Below, piece by piece: positions 56,741 through 63,925 of a stretch of 64,000 bases of DNA. The position numbers and the translations under genes were made by a program. The stretch comes from an uncultured Gemmatimonadales bacterium (GTDB taxonomy: Bacteria > Gemmatimonadota > Gemmatimonadetes > Gemmatimonadales > GWC2-71-9): assembly GCA_963836815.1 (NCBI GenBank), contig CAWILD010000014.1:31615-95614 (forward strand), read 5' to 3'. The number at the start of each line of letters is the position of its first letter. Position 1 is the stretch's first letter. Below the pieces are notes generated by a model, which was not told where the DNA came from, ran no database searches, and worked only from the letters and a program-made list of their open reading frames with translations.

Positions 56741-57299
56741 ATGGCGCGAACCATCCTCGTGATTCACGGTGCTGGGGAGCCCCGGCGGCGGCGAGGCAAG
56801 GTGTATTGGGAGTCGCTACTCGAGGAAACTCTGGGGCGGGGCTATCGCGTCCAGGCACCACGCATGCCCCGGCCAGAGCACCCACACTACTGGACTTGGG
56901 CTCGCCGTATCGATGAACTCATGGGGAGTACTCGCGCGCCTATCCTTGTGGGTCATTCCTTCGGAGCTTCGGTGCTTCTAAAATATCTCGCGGAGACTGT
57001 GCGCCGCCCTGCTTTGGCTGGCCTGTTTCTGATCGCCACGCCATTTCTGGGGGCCGGACTTCCCGGAGTTTGCGCTACCGCCTGACTTCGGGACGCGCCT
57101 CGGTGACCTATCGCCTATCTATCTGTACCACAGCCGGGACGACGCCGAGGTACCGTTCGAGCATCTGGAGCGCTATCGGCGTGCCCTCCCTTACGCCACG
57201 GTGCGGGCTCTGGACGATCGCGGCCACGAGTTCAATCAGGCGCAGTTCCCGGAACTTGCGGCCGATATTCGCGGCCTCGGGCCGCGGCGCGCCGTCTAA
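56741..57299 (+). CDS. alpha/beta hydrolase (YdeN/RBBP9-like) cassette; one frame break
   Basis: ILVIHGAGE.., nucleophile elbow VGHSFGA. After a shift at 57044-57053: ..YLYHSRDDAEVPFEHLERY..DDRGHEF... The stop TAA lies inside the next attC R'' box. Confidence 0.7.
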
Positions 57300-57426
57300 C
57301 CCGCGCATGCAGCCGACAAACGCGGGGCGCCGCAGTGGCGGCCCGCGAGCCACGCTCCGCGTGGCCATTCAGTGGAAGCGTTTGTTTGTAGGGTGTCGTT
57401 TGCAGCTGATGCGCATTGCGTTAGGT
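57294..57426 (+). repeat. attC site (133 bp)
   Basis: GTCTAAC-ccgcgcatgcagccgac ... gtttgcagctgatgcgcattgc-GTTAGGT. Confidence 0.8.
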
Positions 57427-57501
57427 GGCCACGAGCAACCGTGGCCAGGTGAGCGGTTGTGACGTTTCGGCGCCGCTCTGACTCTGAAGCAGGAAGGCAC
57501 C

Positions 57502-57879
57502 ATGAACCACTTCGCTTGGCCGGAGCAGGTGGCCACCCTGAACAACATGCTAGATATCCTTGAAGGACAGGTGACGGCCGGGGATGTGGGCACGCCCGGC
57601 TTAGCTGAGTTCAAGAGCGCTCTCGACGATTTGCGGCTCCGGACTTGGGGTCTGCTCACGGCGATCAACGCGGATGATCCCCACGCGTTTCAAGAGCGGT
57701 TTCGCACCCACCGGGGAATCGAGATGTGCCGTGCCCTCACCACCGACCTGCGGACGGGCAAGCTGAGCAGTCGCCAACCGGACCTGCCGGCCCTGGGCGG
57801 CGCAGCGCGGGATCTATCGGCCGCAGTGAAGGAGGCGACGCGCAAACCTTCGAAGCGACGCGGCAAAGGCGCCGTCTGA
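57502..57879 (+). CDS. hypothetical helical protein (cassette)
   Basis: AGGAAGG precedes the ATG. 125 aa. No family recognised. Confidence 0.45.
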   Translation: MNHFAWPEQVATLNNMLDILEGQVTAGDVGTPGLAEFKSALDDLRLRTWGLLTAINADDPHAFQERFRTHRGIEMCRALTTDLRTGKLSSRQPDLPALGGAARDLSAAVKEATRKPSKRRGKGAV

Positions 57880-57888
57880 GCGCCGGCG

Positions 57889-58029
57889 GCCTAACCCGCG
57901 CATGCAGCCGACGGGCCGGACCTGTCCCAGGCTCCGCCCATGCGCTTCGTCCCTTGAGGACGAAGCGGAACGAATGTGTGTGTGGGCGCGAGCATGGATC
58001 GCCTGCAGCTGATGCGCATTTCGTCAGGC
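57889..58029 (+). repeat. attC site (141 bp)
   Basis: GCCTAAC-ccgcgcatgcagccgac ... cgcctgcagctgatgcgcatttc-GTCAGGC. Confidence 0.8.
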
Positions 58030-58050
58030 TGACCCAAACAGGTGGACTCA

Positions 58051-58488
58051 ATGGATGAGTTTCTCCAGGCCGCTCTCGAGGAAGCGAGGCAGGGCCTTGC
58101 CGAGGGCGGCATCCCAATCGGCGCTATCCTCGTGCATTCTCGGGGGATCCTCGGGCGTGGACACAATCAGCGAGTGCAGCGTGGCAGCGCCGTTCTTCAC
58201 GCGGAAATGGACGCGCTGGAGCGAGCCGGCCGACTGGCAGCGCCTGTGTATCGGGCAAGCACTCTGTACACCACACTTTCACCCTGCGCGATGTGCAGCG
58301 GGGCCATCCTCCTCTACGGCATTCGGCGCGTGGTGATCGGCGAAAACCGCACGTTCCGGGGCGAGGAGGAGCTGCTGCGCTCGCGCGGGGTGCTGGTGGA
58401 AGTTGTCGATGATCCTAGCTGTGCCGCCCTGCTTGCGGCTTTCGTGCGCGCGCACCCGGAGTTGTGGAACGAAGATATCGGCCACTAG
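58051..58488 (+). CDS. CMP/dCMP-type zinc deaminase (cytosine/guanine deaminase-like) cassette
   Basis: HAEMDAL (zinc His/Glu) and SPCAMCSGA (PCxxC). ATG 58051 is preceded by AGGTGG. GTG 58042 is an alternative start. Confidence 0.8.
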   Translation: MDEFLQAALEEARQGLAEGGIPIGAILVHSRGILGRGHNQRVQRGSAVLHAEMDALERAGRLAAPVYRASTLYTTLSPCAMCSGAILLYGIRRVVIGENRTFRGEEELLRSRGVLVEVVDDPSCAALLAAFVRAHPELWNEDIGH

Positions 58489-58499
58489 TGAAGCGGGCA

Positions 58500-58524
58500 G
58501 CCTAACCCGCGCATGCAGCCGACG
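58500..58524 (+). repeat. attC site, left part (split by insertion)
   Basis: GCCTAAC-ccgcgcATGCAGCCGACG is followed directly by the left terminal inverted repeat. It continues at 62261. Confidence 0.8.
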
Positions 58525-58557
58525 GGGGTATAAAGATAACTCGAAAAAATGTCAGTA
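58525..58557 (+). repeat. left terminal inverted repeat
   Basis: ggggtataaagataactcgaaaaaatgtcagta. A second GATAACTC lies 20 bp inside. Confidence 0.75.
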
Positions 58558-58663
58558 GCGCTATTCGGATAACTCATCACGCTCCAGCAGCTACCGCGGT
58601 GTATGCTGGCGATCTCATGCCGGCGAAGACAGATTTCGAGCATCCCCTTCATATGGCTTGGCC

Positions 58664-58940
58664 GTGACCGACGTGACGGCCTCCGCATTGGCCAACGCCC
58701 TTCGCGATCGCTACCGCCTTGAGCGTGGCTGCGGACGCGGCGGGATGGCGACGGTGTATCTTGCCGAGACCTGAAGCACGGCCGCGAGGTCGCGCTCAAG
58801 GTCCTTCGCCCGAAGTGGCCGCGGCGCTCGGTACCGAGCGGTTCCTGCAAGATCCATATCAGCGCCCGGCTCGACCACCCCCACATCCTCACCTTGATAG
58901 ACTAGGGCCAGAAGACGGTTGGTGTGGTACGTACTGCGGT
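58664..58940 (+). pseudogene. Ser/Thr kinase N-terminal fragment (frameshifted, stop-containing)
   Basis: ..[22 protein letters not shown]|..[23 protein letters not shown].. is readable only by switching frames. It is paralogous to the N-terminus of the kinase at 19367-22274. Confidence 0.65.
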
Positions 58941-58989
58941 TAGGCATCTTTTAGGAACGGTAGCAGCGATGCAGGGGTAGTGAAGCTCT

Positions 58990-59870
58990 ACTGATGCACG
59001 GCAGGCGGAGCGATCCATCCTGGCCGCGGCGAGCTGGTTGGCGAAGGGCCGCTGGACGTGGTAGCGCCAGGTATCAGCAATACAGCCTTCGTTGGGGTCT
59101 TTCTCGGGCTAGTGCTCGTGCTCGTGCTCTTCCACCTGTTCTCATCAATGGGGTACTCAGGACTCGGATAGTGTGCTCAGCACGTGCTCTGAGGCCTTCG
59201 AATGACCACTCTCCCTTCTTCATCGAGGAAATACAAGCAGTAGCGCTTTGCGGAGATCATGTAGCCGCAGAGGTCACGCGTTTGCTCGCGTACGTGTTCT
59301 CTTTCTCGAGCTTCAGGAGAGAACCACTCACCACGGGCCGTACGGGTTGAGGCTGTCCAGGCGCTTGATGATCTTGTTGACGCAGCCCAGCTAAGGGCAC
59401 GTATCGCTGGCCGACCATCGCGCTTCTTGTAAGGCCGACAGGGACAGGGTACGAGCTCACCCCGCCGGGAGGCTACAATGGCTATGGAATCTCTGTCGGT
59501 GAACAGGTAGGTCCCACGGCGGCTGTCACCATCCGCTCGATAATCGCGAGCATGAGCCGCGCCGCGCGTTCGTGATCCAGGCTGCCAGCGGCGTGGAAAC
59601 AGAACTCCCCCGGATCCTCCGGGTGCTGGGTTTGACAGCTGAAGGCCCCCTCTCTCTCCATGGCCCCGGACTCGGGCCGGTTTCCCTGGGGCGAGCGATC
59701 GCGGATCGAACTGGGCAAAGACGCCGTAGCTGCCGCTGTTAGCTATCACCTTCAGCAACTTCTCCACCCGCTGGCGCTCACGCGGACTGATTTTGGCGTC
59801 GGGTAGGCTCTTGATCCGATGGCGTTCCTCGATCACATGGTCGGCGAGGAACACCTGGCCGCCGCTAAGC
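58990..59870 (-). pseudogene. family B DNA polymerase remnant (protein-primed type), palm/thumb region only, multiple frame breaks
   Basis: In N-to-C order on the minus strand: KLLKVIANSGSYGVFAQ (motif B, Kx3NSxYG), ..AARLMLAIIERMV..GTYLFTDRDSIAIV (motif C, degenerate YxDTDS), ..GYMISAKRYCLY.. (KxY), ..KASEH... At least 5 frame switches are needed. The N-terminal exonuclease half is absent. Confidence 0.65.
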
Positions 59871-59926
59871 GTGAGCTGGACGAGGGGCTGCGGGACCAAT
59901 TTCTCCATCACCCCCCAGGAGGAGCT

Positions 59927-60400
59927 ATGCGTGCCGAACAACAACTTGCTGATCACCTCTGGTTTCTCAACTCGCTTGTGCGCATCCGAGTGGCCCATTC
60001 CGCCGGAGCCGACGGATTCTCCGTCATCGAATTCCAGGCCCCATTCGGCGATTCACCACCCCTGCACATTCACTACATGGAGGACGAGTTGTTCCATGTC
60101 TTGGAGGGTGAGTTCCGCTTCACGATCGGAGGCGAGGAAATGCGCGCTGGCCCGGGTGAGCTGATTCTGGCTCCGAAGGGCGTACCTCACACCTTTCGAA
60201 TCGAATCCGCCGCTGGAGGTCGCTATCTAATCGTGACCACGCACGGCGATTTCGAACGCTTTGTCCGGGAGCTGAGCCGCCGGGCCGAGCGTGCGGAATT
60301 GCCAGCACCTTCAGGACCACCTACTCCAGAGCAGATCCAGGCGCTGGGTGCCGCGGCCATGCGCCACAACGCCGAGATTGTGGGCCCCCCGCTCACTTGA
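59927..60400 (+). CDS. cupin domain protein (cassette captured inside the element)
   Basis: CAGGAGGAG precedes ATG 59927. ..SPPLHIHYMEDELFHVLEGEF..LILAPKGVPHTFRI.. Followed by an attC lacking its left end. Confidence 0.7.
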   Translation: MRAEQQLADHLWFLNSLVRIRVAHSAGADGFSVIEFQAPFGDSPPLHIHYMEDELFHVLEGEFRFTIGGEEMRAGPGELILAPKGVPHTFRIESAAGGRYLIVTTHGDFERFVRELSRRAERAELPAPSGPPTPEQIQALGAAAMRHNAEIVGPPLT

Positions 60401-60416
60401 TCTCGACCCTGTGTTT

Positions 60417-60527
60417 CGGACGGTCCCGAGCTCCGCTCGGGCGCCGCGTCCCTTTAGGACGCGGCGGAACGAAGGATTGTGCGGGCGCGGCCATGATCGC
60501 CCGCAGCTGATGCGCATTGCGTTAGGC
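60417..60527 (+). repeat. attC site lacking its left (R''/L'') end
   Basis: cggacggtcccgagctccgctcggg..ggaacgaaggattgtgcgggcg..cgcccgcagctgatgcgcattgc-GTTAGGC. Confidence 0.65.
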
Positions 60528-60613
60528 GGACGCGCGAGCATCTTGGTAGGATAAGACACGACTCGCATCACTATCGCGGATACGTGCATGCATTCAGGCC
60601 TAATCGTTTCTGA

Positions 60614-62041
60614 TTGCGACGGCACCTTGGTCGACAGCAAACCCGGCGCGAACACGGTCTGGCTGGAAGTCGCTGCCGAGTGACTCATATTCCATTTGCC
60701 ACCACCGGCGCCTACCCGGTACGTGCGGGCAATCGCGTCCACCCGCTCATTGATGGCGAGCCTGCATTTCGCCGGGTTTGTGACGCCATTGATCAGGCCC
60801 TAGCGCGCGTGTGGGTCGCCGTCACGTTTCTCTGGGCCAGCTTTCAGATGCCCGATGGTCGCGGTTCGTTCTTTGACGTACTGACACGAGCGCGCCAGCG
60901 TGGACTCGACGTCCGGGTGCTATTTTGGCGACCCGATGATGCGACCGCACATCTGCGGACTAATGCGTTCTGGGGGTCGCCCGCGCATGTCGCGCTGCTG
61001 GAGCAGCAGGCATCGGAGATCAGCATTCGCTGGGATCGCGCGCACCCTGGATTCTGTCAACATCAAAAACTCTGGCTCATCGACGTTGGGTTGGAAACGG
61101 CCTGTGCGTTTGTCGGTGGCATCAATCTCAATCCCCATTCGGTGGTTGCCCCCGGCCATCGTGGCGCTAAACACAATCACGACATGTATCTCGAGATCAG
61201 CGGTTCGGCAGTCACAGACGTCCACCACAACTTTGTGCAACGCTGGAACGAGGCCAGCGAACGGGACGAGGCGGACGGTCGGTGGGGACCCGATGCTGAT
61301 CGCGATCTCGCCTTTCCAGACCGGGTCGCGGCGGTACGTGGATCCACCGTCGCCCAAGTGCAACGGACGATCCATCCTGGCCGCTACGCCAACACCCACC
61401 CCACTCCCGGCGGGGCTCCGTTTGCCATCGCCGACGGTGAGTTCTCCAATCGCGACCAGTACATCCATGCCATCCGCGCTGCCCGTGAGTATATCTATCT
61501 TGAGAACCAAGCCATCAGTGTGCGGCCAATCCTTGAAGAGCTTGTAGCCGCGGTGAAGCGCGGCGTGGCGGTTGTCCTAGTGTTGCCGACCGTGGCCAAC
61601 AGCATCGACGCACCTGCGGATCCCCACGGCGAGCTGTTCCGTGACGAACGCCGCACGCTGGCGCGCACGTCGCATTTCACTCTAGCAGGACTGGCCGGAC
61701 CAGATGCCAGTGGCGCACGCCAACCCGTTCACGTGCATGCCAAACTTATGATCATTGATGATGTCTGGGCGACGGTCGGCTCCTGCAACCTCCACCGATA
61801 TTCCATGTATGGTAACAGTGAGCTCAACATCGCCTTCGCCGATGCGGTGACGGTGCGCGCATTACGCTGCGAACTCCTAGCGGAGCATCTCGATCAGGAC
61901 ACATCCGCGCTCGATGGCCGATCGGCGCTCTGCGTGTTTCGGACCGTGGCTGAGCAGAATGCGGGTCGCCGGGACGGTGGAGATCCCGACTGGGAAGGAA
62001 TCGCCTGCGCGATGGATCCACTTCAGTGGTGGGCAAGCTGA
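60614..62041 (+). CDS. phospholipase D / HKD-superfamily protein (cassette inside the element)
   Basis: Two HKD motifs: CQHQKLWLIDVG..GGINL and HVHAKLMIIDD..VGSCNL. GTG 60680 is a plausible alternative start. Confidence 0.8.
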   Translation: MRRHLGRQQTRREHGLAGSRCRVTHIPFATTGAYPVRAGNRVHPLIDGEPAFRRVCDAIDQALARVWVAVTFLWASFQMPDGRGSFFDVLTRARQRGLDVRVLFWRPDDATAHLRTNAFWGSPAHVALLEQQASEISIRWDRAHPGFCQHQKLWLIDVGLETACAFVGGINLNPHSVVAPGHRGAKHNHDMYLEISGSAVTDVHHNFVQRWNEASERDEADGRWGPDADRDLAFPDRVAAVRGSTVAQVQRTIHPGRYANTHPTPGGAPFAIADGEFSNRDQYIHAIRAAREYIYLENQAISVRPILEELVAAVKRGVAVVLVLPTVANSIDAPADPHGELFRDERRTLARTSHFTLAGLAGPDASGARQPVHVHAKLMIIDDVWATVGSCNLHRYSMYGNSELNIAFADAVTVRALRCELLAEHLDQDTSALDGRSALCVFRTVAEQNAGRRDGGDPDWEGIACAMDPLQWWAS

Positions 62042-62102
62042 ACGGCGCGATCGTCGGCCGGTCAATGACAAGGAAGAGAACCCTAATATCTCGAATGGCG
62101 CC

Positions 62103-62145
62103 ACCTAACCCGCTAATGCAGCCGACAATCGCGGGCGGTTCGGAC
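62103..62145 (+). repeat. attC left end (R''/L'') truncated on the right
   Basis: ACCTAAC-ccgctaatgcagccgacaatcgcgggcggttcggac, then unrelated sequence. Confidence 0.6.
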
Positions 62146-62164
62146 TTCTTCGGATCGATAGCCG

Positions 62165-62204
62165 GGTGAACTAGCTACCCCTCTCTGTCTCTTAACCCCT
62201 CGAA
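62165..62204 (+). repeat. single arm of the 22302-22385 palindrome family
   Basis: ggtgaactagctacccctctctgtctcttaacccctcgaa, compared with ggtgaacagcggcaggctatctatctcttaacccttcgaa. Confidence 0.5.
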
Positions 62205-62227
62205 CGTTTGAAGGCTGGCTGAAGGGG

Positions 62228-62260
62228 TACTGACATTTTTCCGAGTTATCTATATACCCC
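62228..62260 (-). repeat. right terminal inverted repeat
   Basis: tactgacatttttccgagttatctatatacccc is the reverse complement of the left repeat with 2 mismatches. Confidence 0.75.
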
Positions 62261-62388
62261 ATGCAGCCGACGGGCCGGACCTGTCCCGGGCTCCGCCCAG
62301 GCGCTTCGTCCTTGGAGGATGAAGCGGAACGTAGGTTTGTGCGGGCGGCAACCTGATGGCCCCGCAGCTGATGCGCATGTCGTCAGGC
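62261..62388 (+). repeat. attC site, right part (continuation of 58500-58524)
   Basis: ATGCAGCCGACGggccggacctgtcccggg ... cccgcagctgatgcgcatgtc-GTCAGGC. Confidence 0.8.
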
Positions 62389-62496
62389 AGCGAGAAGACC
62401 CTATGATGCAATCAGGGGTCATGACAGTGAGGCTGCTTCCGACAATCACCGAACTTGGCGTCGCTAGGGCTCGGCTGTTGCAAACGAGGAGGAGCC

Positions 62497-63210
62497 GTGA
62501 CTGGCAAAGAGAAGGGGAAGTCAGTTAACCGAACCGCACGAGTCGCAGGGTTCCTGTATCTCCTTGTGTTCCCATTCGCCATCTTCAGCTTGAAGGTGCG
62601 GGACACACTCATTGTACCCGGAGATGCCGCAGCAACAGCCAGTAATATCATGGCTTCCGAAGGGCTGTTTCGTGGCGGCATTGCTGCCTGGCTCCTTAGC
62701 CAGACGATCTTCATATTCCTGCTCCTGGCCTTATACAAGCTGCTCAAGCCGGTCAACCGGAACGTTGCTTTGCATATGGTCGTACTGCTCCTGGTTGGTG
62801 TGCCTATCGCGTTGATCAACGAGCTCAACCAGTTTGCCGCCCTGCTGCTATTGAGCGGCGCCGACTACCTGACGGCGGTCGAAGCAGGTCAGTTGCATGC
62901 TCAGATGATGTTTCATCTCGATCTGCACGAATACGGGATCAACATCGCCCAGATCTTCTGGGGCCTCTGGCTGTTGCCCTTCGGTTATCTGGTTCTCAGG
63001 TCGGGTTTCCTTCCCCAAATTCTGGGCGTCCTATTAATGATTGGATGTTTCGGGCATCTGATGGATGTCGTTACAGCCGTGGTTTTTCCCAACTTCGACG
63101 TAACAGTGACTCAGTTTACCTCAATAGGGGAATTCCTACTTCCCTTGTGGTTGGTGGTTAAGGGCGTAGATGTCAAGCGGTGGGAAAGCCGTGCCCTTGA
63201 ACCTGCCTGA
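62497..63210 (+). CDS. DUF4386 family membrane protein (cassette)
   Basis: GAGGAGGAG precedes GTG 62497. ..ARVAGFLYLLVFPFAIFS.. and six hydrophobic helices. The ORF track start of 62455 is less likely. Confidence 0.65.
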   Translation: MTGKEKGKSVNRTARVAGFLYLLVFPFAIFSLKVRDTLIVPGDAAATASNIMASEGLFRGGIAAWLLSQTIFIFLLLALYKLLKPVNRNVALHMVVLLLVGVPIALINELNQFAALLLLSGADYLTAVEAGQLHAQMMFHLDLHEYGINIAQIFWGLWLLPFGYLVLRSGFLPQILGVLLMIGCFGHLMDVVTAVVFPNFDVTVTQFTSIGEFLLPLWLVVKGVDVKRWESRALEPA

Positions 63211-63297
63211 ATGGGCCGGCTGCAGAATGGACGGGGATTTTCGTTGGCAGTAAGGGAGCTGTGGGTGGACCAGCCGCGACCATCGCGCCGGCTCGCT

Positions 63298-63404
63298 GCC
63301 TAACCCGCGCATGCAGCCGGCGGGCCCGGAGGAGCGCTGGCCTCCGCTCGGCCTTGTGCGCGGGTCGGCTTGATGGCCCGCAGCTGATGCGCATTCCGTT
63401 AGGC
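63298..63404 (+). repeat. attC site (107 bp)
   Basis: GCCTAAC-ccgcgcatgcagccggc ... ggcccgcagctgatgcgcattcc-GTTAGGC. Confidence 0.8.
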
Positions 63405-63437
63405 CGCAAGTCGTAGACAGCAGCGAAGGGGGAGCTC

Positions 63438-63863
63438 GTGCTCGTTTCGGGTCGGCTGTCGCGGGATGGTGCTACGTTGCGCAGGATCGCCCTGGCCTAT
63501 CCCGAAGCCTATGAAGAGATGCCCTGGGGCCATCACGCGATCAAGGTGAAGGGGAAGGCCTTCGTCTTTCTGGCGGCGGACCAGGCGACGTTCTCGCTCT
63601 CCGCCAAGCTGCCCTCGTCGGCCGGGGTGGCCCTCCAACTCCCGTTCGCGTCGCCGACAGAGTACGGCCTAGGGCGCAGTGGGTGGGTGACGGCGCGGTT
63701 TCCCCGGACCGCCCGGTTGCCGGTCGACATCCTCGGCATGTGGATCGACGAAAGTTATCGCGCGCTCGCGCCAAAGCGCCTACACGCGCAGCTAGAGGAC
63801 GCCTCGGCACCGGGTGCACCACGCAGTCCCAGGACCAGGAAGAAGCCGGCAAGCCGCCGCTGA
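63438..63863 (+). CDS. MmcQ/YjbR family protein (cassette)
   Basis: AAGGGGGAG precedes the GTG. ..[39 protein letters not shown].. is the typical YjbR pattern. Confidence 0.7.
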   Translation: MLVSGRLSRDGATLRRIALAYPEAYEEMPWGHHAIKVKGKAFVFLAADQATFSLSAKLPSSAGVALQLPFASPTEYGLGRSGWVTARFPRTARLPVDILGMWIDESYRALAPKRLHAQLEDASAPGAPRSPRTRKKPASRR

Positions 63864-63870
63864 GCTTGCA

Positions 63871-63912
63871 GCCTAACCCGCGCATGCAGCCGACTGGGCC
63901 GGCCCAACCGGG
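63871..63912 (+). repeat. truncated attC (left end only)
   Basis: GCCTAAC-ccgcgcatgcagccgactgggccggcccaaccggg. No R' is found before the next gene start. Confidence 0.55.
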
Positions 63913-63925
63913 CTTGGAGGAACGG

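Larger units (their letters stand above)
58525..62260. mobile_element. 3.7-kb TIR-bounded insertion in an attC; no transposase gene recognisable
   Basis: 33-bp terminal inverted repeats match at 31/33 positions. ATGCAGCCGACG is duplicated at both flanks (58513-58524, 62261-62272). Removing the element and one duplicate copy restores a 141-bp attC. Confidence 0.75.

Noticed and set aside
59177-59998. The 273-codon minus-strand ORF could be an intact gene.
   Set aside because: Only parts of it carry polymerase motifs, and adjacent motifs continue in the other two frames. Its first ~25 codons are antisense to the cupin gene's 5' end. It is a chance-open stretch across a decayed gene.
58525-62260. 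The insertion could be an IS1111-attC-type IS or an attC-targeting group II intron.
   Set aside because: As I recall, IS1111-group elements have short subterminal repeats, no long target duplication and a DEDD transposase. Group II introns have a structured RNA and a reverse-transcriptase ORF. Neither fits 33-bp terminal inverted repeats, a ~12-bp duplication and the observed content.
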